From contig OY763927.2 in assembly GCA_963667665.2 (NCBI GenBank), positions 1,664,001-1,728,000 on the forward strand: a stretch of DNA of 64,000 bases. The letters run 5' to 3'. Below the pieces are notes generated by a model that ran no database searches, had not been told where the DNA came from, and saw nothing but the letters and a program-made list of their open reading frames with translations. Position 1 is the stretch's first letter; each line of letters begins with the position of its first letter. Source of the DNA: Nitrosopumilus sp. Lineage in GTDB: Archaea > Thermoproteota > Nitrososphaeria > Nitrososphaerales > Nitrosopumilaceae. A program made the position numbers and the translations under genes. Positions 26,935 through 38,111 of this stretch are shown here, piece by piece.

Positions 26935-28011
26935 CTAAATCTTGCCTTTTTTGTATAGCATTTCTGCTAGCAAAACTGCACCTTTTGCTGAACCCATTTT
27001 CTTGTTATGCGAAAACAAAATGTACTTGAGTCCATGATCAAACAATTCCTCTTTTTCAACTCTTCCTATTGTTGTAGTCATTCCATCACCAACCGATCTT
27101 TCCATTCTTGGTTGTGGTCTAGTTGGATCTTCATGAAATACATAGTATTTTTCAGGAGCTGATGGTAATCCTGCTACAGAAATATTTTGATTGTAAGAAT
27201 TGTATAGTTCCTTGGCTTTTGCAGGATCTATTTCTTCTGAAGTTTCTACAAAGACAGATTCAGTATGTCCATCAATTACAGGAACTCTAGTACATGTACA
27301 ACTAACTCTAATGTTTGCATCCTCAATTTTACCGTCTATGAGTTTTCCTAAGATTTTTCTTGTCTCAGTTTTGACTTTTCCTTCCTCTTTAGGAATATAT
27401 GGAATAATGTTATCTGTAATTCCCATTGCTGATACTCCTGATTTTCCGCCCCCAGATATTGCCTGCATTGAGGTCATCAAAACTTTTTTTGCACCATATT
27501 TTTCTAGTAATGGTTTAAGTGTAATTACTAAACCAGTTGTAGTACAATTTGGCAGTGGTGCTACCCAACCCTTCCAATTACGATTTTTCTTTTGAATTTC
27601 AAGCATCTCTGCATGTTCATCATTAATTCCTGGAATGAGTATTGGAACATCTTCTTCGTATCTATAAGCAGAACTAGTTGAAATTACTGGCAAGTCTGCT
27701 GCCATTTTAGTTTCAATGTCTCTAGCAGCTACTGATTCAACTGCTGAAAAAACTAGATCTAATTGTGATACATCAAGATCATCAACTTTTTTGACAGTCA
27801 TTGACTTGATATATTCAGGTATTTCTCCACTAACATCCCAAGCAATAATCCCGCTTGCATCTTTTATTGCATCCAGATAGTTTTTACCTGCTGAACGTTC
27901 AGAAGCTGCAATTTGAGTTACCTCAAACCATGGGTGATTCTCTAAAGACTGGACGAATTCCTGTCCTACCGAACCTGTAACACCAATAATTGCTACTCTT
28001 TTCTTATCCAT
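26935..28011 (-). CDS. asd: Aspartate-semialdehyde dehydrogenase
   Basis: GVTGSVGQ, AASERSAGK, PNCTT, QAISGGG, CTRVPVIDGHT, SHNKKMGSA. Confidence 0.93.
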   Translation of the reverse strand: MDKKRVAIIGVTGSVGQEFVQSLENHPWFEVTQIAASERSAGKNYLDAIKDASGIIAWDVSGEIPEYIKSMTVKKVDDLDVSQLDLVFSAVESVAARDIETKMAADLPVISTSSAYRYEEDVPILIPGINDEHAEMLEIQKKNRNWKGWVAPLPNCTTTGLVITLKPLLEKYGAKKVLMTSMQAISGGGKSGVSAMGITDNIIPYIPKEEGKVKTETRKILGKLIDGKIEDANIRVSCTCTRVPVIDGHTESVFVETSEEIDPAKAKELYNSYNQNISVAGLPSAPEKYYVFHEDPTRPQPRMERSVGDGMTTTIGRVEKEELFDHGLKYILFSHNKKMGSAKGAVLLAEMLYKKGKI

Positions 28012-28094
28012 AATTTGATAATTGATCGCTCTCAATTAATAATCGTTTTCTGAATTACCAAAACATACTAAATCGCCTATCTCTATTTGGAACT

Positions 28095-29177
28095 GTGAGA
28101 ATACGAACAAAATCATCCATCAACAAACATGTTCCAGTGGTCCATGGAGGACAAAATTCCATAAAAAACTCTAATTCACATATTATTGATTTTAGTTCTA
28201 ATATTACCCCTATCGGAATTCCATTATCTGTAAAGACAAATCTCAAAAAAAATCTGGATGATATACAAAATTATCCTGATTTTCATTCATCAGAATTGAT
28301 TTCAAGCCTGAACAAATACACATGTTTACAGAAATCAAATCTATTGGTTGGAAATGGAGCAATTGAGATAATCTATAATTTTTGTTTTGCATTTTTATCA
28401 AAGAAAACCAAAGTCTTGATACCTGTTCCTACATTTCAAGAATATGAAACAGCAGCAAAACTCAACAACTGTAAAATTTCATATTTTAAAACAATGAATT
28501 TATCTGAAAATATTGATTCATTTATTTCACAAATACCACAAAATGGATGTGTATTTCTTTGCAATCCTAATAACCCTACAGGAAAACTTTTGTCACAAAA
28601 ACAAGTACTTTTAATAATTAAAACTGCAAAAAAACTATCTTCAATTGTATTTGTTGATGAATGTTTTATTGAATTAGTTCCAGAATCTGATGAATCTGTA
28701 ATATCATATATAAAAAAATATGATAATCTTTTTGTTCTACGCTCTTTGACAAAATCGTTTGGATTACCTGGAATAAGAATTGGATATGCTGCTGCCTCTA
28801 AACAAATGATTGAAATTCTACAAAAAATAAAAATTCCATGGAGTGTAAATTCTTTAGCACAAAATGCAGCAAATGTTGCTCTTAAAAATAAATCTCATCT
28901 TAAAAAATCAAAATTAGTCATTAAAAAAGAATCAAGATATCTAAAAAATCAAATTGCCAAACTTGATGGATTTGAATGTCATGATTCATCTACTAATTTT
29001 ATCTTAATCAAAACAAAATATGATTCAACAAAACTACAAAAAAAACTCTTGAAACATAAGATCTTGATTCGTGATTGTAAAAATTTTAGAGGATTAAATA
29101 ATCATTATATTCGCATTGCTGTAAAGTCTCATAAGGATAATCTAAAACTAGTAAGAGCATTGGAGGTAATTGCATGA
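28095..29177 (+). CDS. cobD: Threonine-phosphate decarboxylase (PLP, CobD)
   Basis: HGG, DFSSNI.P, CNPNNPTG, VDECF, SLTKSFGLPGIRIGY, IRDCKNFRGL; heads cob operon. Confidence 0.85.
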   Translation: MRIRTKSSINKHVPVVHGGQNSIKNSNSHIIDFSSNITPIGIPLSVKTNLKKNLDDIQNYPDFHSSELISSLNKYTCLQKSNLLVGNGAIEIIYNFCFAFLSKKTKVLIPVPTFQEYETAAKLNNCKISYFKTMNLSENIDSFISQIPQNGCVFLCNPNNPTGKLLSQKQVLLIIKTAKKLSSIVFVDECFIELVPESDESVISYIKKYDNLFVLRSLTKSFGLPGIRIGYAAASKQMIEILQKIKIPWSVNSLAQNAANVALKNKSHLKKSKLVIKKESRYLKNQIAKLDGFECHDSSTNFILIKTKYDSTKLQKKLLKHKILIRDCKNFRGLNNHYIRIAVKSHKDNLKLVRALEVIA

Positions 29178-30013
29178 AATCTTTAATGATTCAAGGAACA
29201 TCTTCTGGTGCTGGAAAGACAACACTAGTTGCAGCTTTGTGTAGAATTTTTTCAGACAAAGGCTACAATGTAGCACCTTACAAATCACAAAATATGTCAA
29301 ATTTTGCATATATCACGCCTGACTTTGAAATTTCTCGTGCCCAAGCCATACAAGCCATTGCTGCAAGGTGTGATATTACATCTGACTTGAATCCAATTTT
29401 ACTCAAACCATTAGGAAATTACTATAGCATGGTGTATCTAAATGGTAAACGCTACAAGAAAATGCATGCAAAAGACTATTACAAAAAATTTGTAAACTCT
29501 GAAGGAATTAAGATTGCAACTAAATCACTGAAAACTTTACAGAAAAATTTTGATTTAATAATTTTAGAAGGTGCAGGTTCTCCTGCTGAAATTAATTTAC
29601 AAAAATTTGATATTGCAAATATGAAGATGGCACAAAAGGCTAATGCATCGGTATTACTAATATCTGATATTGATAAGGGTGGTTCATTTGCAAGTATTGT
29701 TGGAACAATGGCATTAATTGAAAAAAAATATCAAAAATTAGTAAAAGGCTTTGTTTTTAACAAGTTTAGAGGAGATATTGATGTGTTAAAGCCAGGATTT
29801 CAAAAACTCAAAAATATTACAAAGATACCTGTTATGGGTACTATTCCAATGATTTCATTGGATTTACCTGAGGAAGATTCTCTTAATGCAAAACCCAAAG
29901 AAATTGCTTGGACTAAGAAAAATATTTCAAAAATTGATAATGAACTAAACAAGTTGGCAAAAACTATCAAATCAAACATTGATATCGAATCAATCGAGAG
30001 ATTATTGCAATGA
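29174..30013 (+). CDS. cobQ: Cobyric acid synthase, synthetase domain only
   Basis: QGTSSGAGKT, PYKSQNMS, NPILLKP, EGAGSPAEINL, NKFRGD, LPEEDS; only 279 aa. Confidence 0.88.
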   Translation: MKSLMIQGTSSGAGKTTLVAALCRIFSDKGYNVAPYKSQNMSNFAYITPDFEISRAQAIQAIAARCDITSDLNPILLKPLGNYYSMVYLNGKRYKKMHAKDYYKKFVNSEGIKIATKSLKTLQKNFDLIILEGAGSPAEINLQKFDIANMKMAQKANASVLLISDIDKGGSFASIVGTMALIEKKYQKLVKGFVFNKFRGDIDVLKPGFQKLKNITKIPVMGTIPMISLDLPEEDSLNAKPKEIAWTKKNISKIDNELNKLAKTIKSNIDIESIERLLQ

Positions 30014-30981
30014 TCCTAGAATCTATTCTTATTGTTGGTATTGCAATATTTTTTGATTTTACATTTGGAGATCCCAAAAATAAATATCATCCAACAGCTT
30101 GGATCGGAGGATTAATTGCAAAACTAACACCCATTGCAATAAACAAAAATCATGTTATCGAAAAATTTGGAGGAGTCCTAATTGTAACAATTACTTCAAG
30201 TATAGTAATTTTCTTGCTTTTGATGTTAAGTATAGGATTATCTTTGATTCCGATTGATGTTGTTTCATTAATTGTATCTGTAATAATTGGTGGATTGTTA
30301 CTAAAAACCACTATTGCTATTCGTGGTATGGAAAAACACGCCAATGCAGTATTAGAATCACTTGAGCAAGATAATCTCGACATGGCTAGAACAAATCTAT
30401 CCATGATTGTTAAGAGAAATACCAAGAATTTGGATAAAAATCACGTTATTTCAGGCGTACTTGAAAGTATTAGTGAAAATACAGTTGATGGAATAACAGG
30501 ACCTCTGTTTTATTTTGCTCTTTTTGGATTACCTGGAGCGTTTGTGTATCGAGTAATTAACACTGCAGATTCAATGATTGGATACAAGACTGATATTTTT
30601 AGAAATGTAGGATGGTTTGGGGCAACTTGTGACACAATTTTAAATTATATTCCATCTAGACTTACAGGATTAGTAATGATCATTTCAGCTGCAATTCTAC
30701 AAAATAATTGGAAGGAATCATACAAAATAATGATTAGAGATGGTAAAAAAACTGAAAGTCCTAATGCAGGATATCCAATGGCTGCACTTGCAGGTGCTCT
30801 TGAAACAAAGTTTGAAAAAATTAATCATTACAAATTAGGTAATGGCGAAATTATTCTAACAAAAGAACATGTAACCTCTGCACTTACAATGATGAAACTT
30901 ACTTCGATTCTTTTCTTTGGAATAGTGACCATTCCAATAATTACTATTTTATCACTAACAGGGTGGTGGATTCATGCTTAA
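30010..30981 (+). CDS. cbiB: Adenosylcobinamide-phosphate synthase CbiB
   Basis: GDP..HP, ESISENTVDG, YRVINTADSMIGY, SPNAGYPMAALAGAL. Confidence 0.93.
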   Translation: MILESILIVGIAIFFDFTFGDPKNKYHPTAWIGGLIAKLTPIAINKNHVIEKFGGVLIVTITSSIVIFLLLMLSIGLSLIPIDVVSLIVSVIIGGLLLKTTIAIRGMEKHANAVLESLEQDNLDMARTNLSMIVKRNTKNLDKNHVISGVLESISENTVDGITGPLFYFALFGLPGAFVYRVINTADSMIGYKTDIFRNVGWFGATCDTILNYIPSRLTGLVMIISAAILQNNWKESYKIMIRDGKKTESPNAGYPMAALAGALETKFEKINHYKLGNGEIILTKEHVTSALTMMKLTSILFFGIVTIPIITILSLTGWWIHA

Positions 30982-31699
30982 AGAAATTAGTTCTGTTTTT
31001 TCTTTTCTAACAATCTTTCCATCATCTAATGCAAGCTTAGAAAATATTGCAAAATACATGTATGTTTTTCCAATTGTAGGAATTGTAATTGGACTTTTAG
31101 TTGGTTCTTTTGGTTTTGGATTATCTTTTATTTTAGATCCTTTACTAGTTAGTTTGTTAGTAGTTGCATCTATTGCAATTGTTACTGGAATTCATCATGC
31201 AGATGGCTTGGCTGATTTTGCTGATGGACTGATGGTAAAGGGAAGCAAAGCTAGAAAACTTCAAGCAATGAAAGATCTTTCAACGGGTTCTGCAGGAATT
31301 GTTGCAATTGTTTTGTATCTTATTGGTTTGGTAGTTACAATTTCTCTTACAAGTGGATTTGATTTGTTTAAGGCAATTCTAATAAGTGAAATTTTGGCGA
31401 AATTTTCAATGGTATTAATGGCAAGTTTGGGAAATTCGGCCTCACTAGGCTCAAATTCTCCTTTTGTAAAGATAATGAAAGACAAGAAAAAACTTGCAGC
31501 TGCATTCATCATTATGCTAATCCCAATAATTGTAATTGGTGAAACTACTGGATTAGTAATGCTTGGTGTAACTGTTACCCTAACGCTATTTCTTCTGGCC
31601 ATATCTACTCGTAGTTTTGGTGGAATTACTGGAGATGTTCTTGGTGCTACAAATGAATTTACAAGATTGGCTTCTTTGATGGTATTTGTATCGATATGA
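30974..31699 (+). CDS. cobS: Adenosylcobinamide-GDP ribazoletransferase
   Basis: FLTIFP, TGIHHADGLADFADG, MKD..GSAG, FGGITGDVLGATNE. Confidence 0.93.
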   Translation: MLKEISSVFSFLTIFPSSNASLENIAKYMYVFPIVGIVIGLLVGSFGFGLSFILDPLLVSLLVVASIAIVTGIHHADGLADFADGLMVKGSKARKLQAMKDLSTGSAGIVAIVLYLIGLVVTISLTSGFDLFKAILISEILAKFSMVLMASLGNSASLGSNSPFVKIMKDKKKLAAAFIIMLIPIIVIGETTGLVMLGVTVTLTLFLLAISTRSFGGITGDVLGATNEFTRLASLMVFVSI

Positions 31700-32280
31700 T
31701 TGGTCTTGTAATGGCAGGTGGTAAAGGAATTCGAATGAATTCAAATAATGAAAAACTATTACTCAAATACAAAAAACCTGTAATCCTTCATGTCATTGAC
31801 TCTTTAAAAAATTCAAATTGTTTTTCAAAAATTATCTCAATTACTAGTTCCAATTCACCTAAAACAAAAAAGTTACTGCAAGAAAATAATGTTGAAACTC
31901 TTGATACTCCTGGAACTGGTTATGTCGAAGATCTAAATTTAGCACTTAAAACTATCAATGATGTAGTTTTAGTAACTTCTGGTGATTTGCCCTTATTAGA
32001 TAAAGAAGTTATACAAAATATTGTAAATCAATATGATTCTCAAAATATTTGGACTAGCATTCTTGTCACAAATAAATTCTTATCTACTCTTGGCATTGAA
32101 TCAGATTATTCTGTAAATTTTGATAATCAAACATGTCATTATTCTGGAATTTCTTTAATTAATTCAGAAAAAATCACTTCACTTGAAAATCTAAAAGAAA
32201 ATTTTGTTATAATTGATGATAAGAGAATTGCATTTAATCTAAATACTAAACAAGACTATGATTTACTCAGCACTACCTAA
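31696..32280 (+). CDS. cobY: Adenosylcobinamide-phosphate guanylyltransferase
   Basis: MAGGKGIRM..EK, GTGYVEDL, GDLP, FNLNT. Confidence 0.85.
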   Translation: MIGLVMAGGKGIRMNSNNEKLLLKYKKPVILHVIDSLKNSNCFSKIISITSSNSPKTKKLLQENNVETLDTPGTGYVEDLNLALKTINDVVLVTSGDLPLLDKEVIQNIVNQYDSQNIWTSILVTNKFLSTLGIESDYSVNFDNQTCHYSGISLINSEKITSLENLKENFVIIDDKRIAFNLNTKQDYDLLSTT

Positions 32281-32460
32281 GATTTTACCATTTATCTTAG
32301 CTTTTGAACCTGTTGGTTCTGCAATAGTATTACCACAAGAATTGCATGCAACTAATGTTGATGCATGAGAATAAATTACTTGAAGTTCACCACATTCATC
32401 GCAGTTAACTTTTTGAAATTTGCTTGAAGGTTCTGGAATTTCAATATGATCTTTTTTCAT
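32263..32460 (-). CDS. rps27e: 30S ribosomal protein S27e
   Basis: PSSKFQKVNCDEC..YSHA..CNSCG..PTGSKA. Confidence 0.95.
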   Translation of the reverse strand: MKKDHIEIPEPSSKFQKVNCDECGELQVIYSHASTLVACNSCGNTIAEPTGSKAKINGKILGSAE

Positions 32461-32738
32461 GCTGCCACCAACTCAAACTTTTTAATTCTAATGCCTGGTT
32501 TATTGTATTTCTTTTTACACACAGTACATGTCATAATAGGAGTAACTTTTTTTGTAACTTTGGCTGGTTTTGCTAGTTTTGGGAATTTCTGTCCACCGTA
32601 TCCGTGTTTACGTTCTGCATGTCGGCGTTCACCTCTAGCAGAACCACGTCTTTTCCCAGCCTTGTAAATGGAGACCTTTTGATCAGTATGTGTTTTACAT
32701 TTAGGACAATACTTTCTCATCACCTTGGGAATGTTCAT
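32457..32738 (-). CDS. rpl44e: 50S ribosomal protein L44e
   Basis: YCPKCKTHT, GYGGQKFP, KVTKK, CTVCKK. Confidence 0.96.
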   Translation of the reverse strand: MNIPKVMRKYCPKCKTHTDQKVSIYKAGKRRGSARGERRHAERKHGYGGQKFPKLAKPAKVTKKVTPIMTCTVCKKKYNKPGIRIKKFELVAA

Positions 32739-32808
32739 ATCAACAAAACCTCTTCAACCGTAATTTAAGCATTGAATCTATAATAGATGCAAAATCCAAT
32801 TAATTACC

Positions 32809-34572
32809 GTGAATTCAAGCCTAGCAAATTCGATTGTCTCTTTGAATTCTGTAGCAATGGGCGACAAAAAAGCCGATCTAATTTTAAAAAATTGTAATTT
32901 GTTGTCAGTCTATACAAAAGAAATCATTCCAAAAACTCAGATTGCAATAATTAATGATAGAATTGCATATGTTGGTCCAGATGCTGCACATACACTTGGT
33001 CCAAAAACTACAGTCATTGATGTAAAAGACAAATTTGTATCTCCTGGATTTGCAGATCCACATTTGCATATTGATCAATTTGTATTACCATCTGAATTTG
33101 CAAAAAAGGCGCTTCTTTGTGGTGTTACATCTCTTTTTTCTGATCCAATTGATGTTGTTAGCGTTACAGGTTACAAAGGTTTTCAAGAATTTCTCAAACT
33201 TGGAGAAGATTTACCAATAAGAATTTTCCAAGTGGTTCCTGGAGGTCTTCCTGTAGATGCAAAATTTAGTAACACTAAATCTCTTTCTTTATCGCAAGAA
33301 AAATCTGCAATAAAGCATCCACATGTTCTTGGATTGGGTGAAGTTTTTTCATGGACAAAAGTTACTCGGCGTGAACCTAAAACAATGAAATCTCTTTCAA
33401 CAATGTTAGAGTGTGATTGTATAATTAATGGACATACTGCCGGTATAAGTGAAAAAAAACTCAATGCATACGTTTCATCAGGAATACTCTCTTGTCATGA
33501 ACCGATTAATTTTGATCAAGTGTTAGAAAGATTGCGTCTTGGAATGTGGGTAATGATTAGAGAGGGTTCTATAAGACGTGATTTGAAGGAAATTATTCCT
33601 AGAATTTTGTATCATGGAACCTATCTTAATCGTTTAATGTTTTGCTCTGATGGTCTTAATCCAATAGATATTACAAAATTTGGTCACATTGATCATTGTA
33701 TTAGAGAATCAATCAAACTTGGTCTAAAACCAATAGATGCAATTACGATGGCATCAAAGAATAATTTTGATTATTACAACATGGGAAAAGATCTTGGTGG
33801 AATTGCACCAGGAAAATTAGCAGATATTCTTATTTTCAATGATTTGAAATCATTCAAACCAAGCAAAGTCTTTGTGGGCGGAAAACTTGTAGTCTCTAAT
33901 GGAAGTATTGTAACTTCTATAAAGAAAAAAATAATCTCACCTTGGATTAAAAAAACTGTCAAACTAAAAAAATTCTCAAAAAATGATTTCCTTATAAAAT
34001 CAAAAAAGAAAGATGTTATTGCAAATACTATCTATATGGAAACTGAAATCATTACAAAGATTGGTTCATCTGAACTACATTCAAAAAATGGCCATGTTTC
34101 TGCTTCTTTTGATTCTGATGTATGGAAAGTTGCAGCATTTGATAGAATTCATGGAACAAATCGACATGCAATTGGATTTCTTGAAAACTTTGGAGCAGAT
34201 ATAGGCGCTTTTGCTTCAACTTGGAGTTTTCATGAAAATGATATGATAGTTATCGGTTCTGATGATTCTGATATGGCAATTGCTTCTAATCATATTATTA
34301 AGAATCAGGGTGGACTTGTTGTAGTAAAATCTGGCAAAATTCTTGCTTCTTTGCCTTTACAATTTGCCGGAATCATTTCCACAGATTCTTTTGAAAAGGT
34401 TTCATCAAATTTTCAAAAAATCAATAACTCTATTGTAGATTCAGGATGTAAATTTACCAATCCTCATCTTATTCCATTGTTTTTACCTTTCTTGGCTTTA
34501 CCATCTGTTAGAATTCTCTCAGGTGGAATTGTTGATGTGAAAAAACGAAATTATATCCAGCCGATCAACTAA
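32809..34572 (+). CDS. ade: Adenine deaminase
   Basis: PGFADPHLHID, GLGEV, INGH, IREGS, CSDG, IAPGKLAD, FLALP. Confidence 0.88.
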   Translation: MNSSLANSIVSLNSVAMGDKKADLILKNCNLLSVYTKEIIPKTQIAIINDRIAYVGPDAAHTLGPKTTVIDVKDKFVSPGFADPHLHIDQFVLPSEFAKKALLCGVTSLFSDPIDVVSVTGYKGFQEFLKLGEDLPIRIFQVVPGGLPVDAKFSNTKSLSLSQEKSAIKHPHVLGLGEVFSWTKVTRREPKTMKSLSTMLECDCIINGHTAGISEKKLNAYVSSGILSCHEPINFDQVLERLRLGMWVMIREGSIRRDLKEIIPRILYHGTYLNRLMFCSDGLNPIDITKFGHIDHCIRESIKLGLKPIDAITMASKNNFDYYNMGKDLGGIAPGKLADILIFNDLKSFKPSKVFVGGKLVVSNGSIVTSIKKKIISPWIKKTVKLKKFSKNDFLIKSKKKDVIANTIYMETEIITKIGSSELHSKNGHVSASFDSDVWKVAAFDRIHGTNRHAIGFLENFGADIGAFASTWSFHENDMIVIGSDDSDMAIASNHIIKNQGGLVVVKSGKILASLPLQFAGIISTDSFEKVSSNFQKINNSIVDSGCKFTNPHLIPLFLPFLALPSVRILSGGIVDVKKRNYIQPIN

Positions 34573-34614
34573 GTAATGTTAAAAAGGGGGATTTAGTGGA
34601 TTGATGCAGAATCT

Positions 34615-36237
34615 ATGGCATCAATTCAACAAGGACCAAATGGACCTGTTTTAGTTCTCAAAGAGAGCGCATTACAGCAAAAAGGTAAAGACGCTCAACA
34701 AAACAATATTGCTGCAGCAAAATTAGTTGCACAATTGGTTAAAAGTAGCCTTGGACCAAGAGGCCTTGATAAAATGCTAGTTGACTCTCTAGGTGATGTA
34801 ACTATTACGAATGATGGTGCAACTATTCTAAAAGAAATTGATGTTCAGCATCCAGCAGCCAAAATGATCGTTGAAATCGCTAAAACAGTGGATAATGAAG
34901 TAGGTGATGGTACAACGTCTTCTGTAATTTTTGGAGGAGCATTATTAGCCAAAGCAGAAGATCTTCTCAAAAAAGATGTTCATTCTTCAATTATTGTTGA
35001 GGGTTACCAGACAGCAGCTGATAAAACTCTTGAAATTTACTCTGAATTATCAAAGAAAATACAACCTGATGATAGAGAATCCCTTCTTAAAATTGCAATA
35101 ACTAGTATGCAATCAAAATTAATTTCTGAAGATAGTGGCATTCTATCAAAAATTGTAGTTGATTCAATTCTTAGTATTGTGAAGAAAAAAGGTGATGTCT
35201 ATACTGTTGATCTTGAAAATCTTAAAGTAGAGAAAAAATCAGGTGGTTCAATTCAAGATACACAAATTGTGAAAGGTATTGTTTTAGATAAAGAAATTGT
35301 TCATAGTGGAATGCCTACAAAAATTGAAAAAGCAAACATTGCACTAATAAATTCAGCATTAGAAATTGAAAAAACTGAAATGAGTTCTGAAATTAGAATT
35401 ACTGATCCAACTCAAATGCAGATGTTCTTAGAAGAAGAAAATCGAATGATAAAGACTATGGTTGACAAATTACATGATGTTGGAGCTAATGTCTTGATTT
35501 GTCAAAAAGGAATTGATGATATTGCACAACACTATCTTGCAAAATACGGTATTATGGCAATTCGCCGTGTTAAAGAAAGTGATATGATTAAACTTTCTAA
35601 AGCTACAGGTGGACGTGTAATTAACAACCTAGATGATCTTTCAGAAAAAGATCTTGGCTTTGCTGATTTGGCTCATCAAAAGAAAGTTGAATCTGATAAA
35701 TGGGTGTTCATTGAAGGATGTAAACATCCACAATCAGTCACTTTGTTAATCCGTGGTGGTTCTCAAAGACTAATTGATGAAGTTGATCGTTCAATTCATG
35801 ACGCTTTAATGGTAGTAAAAGATGTAATTGAAAAGCCTGAAATTGTTGCAGGTGGAGGTGCACCAGAATCATTTGCAGCCTCCATTCTTAAGGACTGGGC
35901 TAATAATTTTGATGGAAGAGAACAACTTGCAATTAAAAAATATGCTGAGGCATTAGAGACAATTCCACTAACTATTGCTGAAAATGCAGGCATGGATCCA
36001 ATTGATACTATGGCTAATCTTAGAGCAAAACAAAACCAGGGTCATAAATGGACTGGTATTGATGCTAGAAATACAAAGATTGCTGATATGTTAGCAATTG
36101 ATGTTGTAGAACCAATTGTGGTAAAAGAACAGATTATAAAATCTGCAACAGAAGCAGCATGTATGATTCTTAGAATAGATGATGTTATTGCTGTATCTGG
36201 AGGTCCAGGCGGCGGCGGTATGCCTCCAATGGGATAA
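34615..36237 (+). CDS. ths: Thermosome (group II chaperonin) subunit
   Basis: [33 protein letters not shown]. Confidence 0.96.
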   Translation: MASIQQGPNGPVLVLKESALQQKGKDAQQNNIAAAKLVAQLVKSSLGPRGLDKMLVDSLGDVTITNDGATILKEIDVQHPAAKMIVEIAKTVDNEVGDGTTSSVIFGGALLAKAEDLLKKDVHSSIIVEGYQTAADKTLEIYSELSKKIQPDDRESLLKIAITSMQSKLISEDSGILSKIVVDSILSIVKKKGDVYTVDLENLKVEKKSGGSIQDTQIVKGIVLDKEIVHSGMPTKIEKANIALINSALEIEKTEMSSEIRITDPTQMQMFLEEENRMIKTMVDKLHDVGANVLICQKGIDDIAQHYLAKYGIMAIRRVKESDMIKLSKATGGRVINNLDDLSEKDLGFADLAHQKKVESDKWVFIEGCKHPQSVTLLIRGGSQRLIDEVDRSIHDALMVVKDVIEKPEIVAGGGAPESFAASILKDWANNFDGREQLAIKKYAEALETIPLTIAENAGMDPIDTMANLRAKQNQGHKWTGIDARNTKIADMLAIDVVEPIVVKEQIIKSATEAACMILRIDDVIAVSGGPGGGGMPPMG

Positions 36238-36280
36238 GTTTTAGTTAAAACTTAAGCCATCTAATTTTAATAAATAACTA

Positions 36281-37144
36281 TTGCACAAAATTGGCGTTGA
36301 TTTAGGCGGTACTAAAACAGAAGCTGTTCTTCTTGATGAAAACCTAAATGTTTTAGAGAGAAAACGAGTTTCAACTCCAAAAAATAATTATCAAGAAATT
36401 ATTAACACTATTTCATATTTGGTCTTAGATATCTCTGTAAACATATCTAACTTTTCTTTAGGTATTTGTACACCTGGTGCAATCTCTAAACAAACTGGCT
36501 TAATTAAAAATAGTAACACACAATGTTTGATTGGGAAATCGCTGAAAGAAGATCTAGAAAATAAACTAGGAAAAAAAATATCAGTAGAAAATGATGCTAA
36601 CTGTTTTGCAATGGCTGAAGCTAAAATGGGTGCTGCTAGTGGATTTGGTGTAGTCTTTGGAGTAATAATGGGTACTGGTGTTGGTGGTGGAATTGTAATT
36701 GATGGAAAACTTCATTCTGGTAGAACTAACATTGGGGGAGAATGGGGACATCATACCATACATCGAAATGGAAATTCTTGTTATTGTGGTAAAACTGGAT
36801 GTGTAGAGACTTACATCAGTGGTCCTTCGTTGGAAAAACAATGGAGAGAATTAACTGGAAAATCACAAGTTCTACCTGATATTCTTTCTAACATTGAAAA
36901 TGAGATTGGACAAAAATGGAAAAACGAGTTTTTAGAAAATTTTGGATATGGTCTTGCTAACGTTATAGATATTTTAGATCCTGATGTAATTGTTTTAGGT
37001 GGCGGTTTGTCAAACATTGATTTTTTGTATACTGAAGGAAAAGAATCAGTTCACAGCAAAGTTTTTTCAGATTCAGTTGATACTCCAATTCTGAAAAATA
37101 AATTGGGTGATTCTGCTGGAGTTTTTGGTGCGTGTTTATTATGA
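36281..37144 (+). CDS. ROK family sugar kinase
   Basis: GVDLGGTK, ENDANCFA, GTGVGGG, GEWGH, CYCGKTGCVE. Confidence 0.9.
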   Translation: MHKIGVDLGGTKTEAVLLDENLNVLERKRVSTPKNNYQEIINTISYLVLDISVNISNFSLGICTPGAISKQTGLIKNSNTQCLIGKSLKEDLENKLGKKISVENDANCFAMAEAKMGAASGFGVVFGVIMGTGVGGGIVIDGKLHSGRTNIGGEWGHHTIHRNGNSCYCGKTGCVETYISGPSLEKQWRELTGKSQVLPDILSNIENEIGQKWKNEFLENFGYGLANVIDILDPDVIVLGGGLSNIDFLYTEGKESVHSKVFSDSVDTPILKNKLGDSAGVFGACLL

Positions 37145-37228
37145 ATAATTTCCATTTTGGAATCTGTTTGTCAAACAAAATGCAGATTATAGATATAACC
37201 ATCAAAACTTAAAGATAATTGTAGAAAA

Positions 37229-38101
37229 TTGGTTTCAAAAATTGTCCTTAGTTTATTTTCTCTAATTCTCTTATTTCAAGTACATCAAGTTTATGCCGAT
37301 GAAGAATTACCAATAATCACACTAAATTTTACTTCTGGAAATATAATTGATCTAGATGAAAGTCCACAAATAATTAGAGCTGAGGTTCTAATTCATAACT
37401 ATAATCCTCAAGATGGTTACACTTTCATGGAAATAACTAGAGTAAGTGATGGAGAAATTATCAAAAACAATGAAATTTTTCCTAAGGTCATTGGTGGAGA
37501 TGAAGATAATTTGTTTCAAGTTCAAATTTTACATTATCTTGAACCTGGTGGAAATACTACAAACTTGATAGGAGATTATGTGATTAGAATTTATTCTGAA
37601 TATGGTATTAGTGAAAGTGTTCAAACATTTTCTATTATTAAATCAAGTATGCCTGTAATTGTTACTCAAAATGACGTTGATGAATCAGAAGCACCTGAAG
37701 AATTACTAACATCTGATGAATCATTAACACTTGATGAATACTATGATGATCTTGAAGATCAACTAGAAAACTTTTGTTCTATGACTGATGAGGAACAATT
37801 TGACTTTTTTTCTGAGAATCCAGATGTCATTGATTTTGACGAAGAACTTGTCACCGTTTGTGAAATAGAAGATGAAGCTGAACGTGAAGATACTCTAGAT
37901 GATTCTATTGATGTACTAATTTCAGAGCTAAGAGATGATGTAGAAGATACTGTTGAAGATAGTGTAGAATCAACTAAAATTCCTTCTTGGGTACATGATA
38001 TTTTTGTTTGGTATGCAGAGGAAAGTATTTCAGAAAATGAATTGTTAGCATCACTAGAATATCTAATTTCTCAAGGAATTATTAATGTAGATTTTAATTA
38101 A
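37229..38101 (+). CDS. Secreted acidic protein with thaumarchaeal C-terminal IPxWV..W..I..GII domain
   Basis: Signal peptide (..QVHQVYA), Asp/Glu-rich middle, IPSWVHDIFVWYAEESISENELLASLEYLISQGII. Confidence 0.75.
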   Translation: MVSKIVLSLFSLILLFQVHQVYADEELPIITLNFTSGNIIDLDESPQIIRAEVLIHNYNPQDGYTFMEITRVSDGEIIKNNEIFPKVIGGDEDNLFQVQILHYLEPGGNTTNLIGDYVIRIYSEYGISESVQTFSIIKSSMPVIVTQNDVDESEAPEELLTSDESLTLDEYYDDLEDQLENFCSMTDEEQFDFFSENPDVIDFDEELVTVCEIEDEAEREDTLDDSIDVLISELRDDVEDTVEDSVESTKIPSWVHDIFVWYAEESISENELLASLEYLISQGIINVDFN

Positions 38102-38111
38102 TTTACAGATA

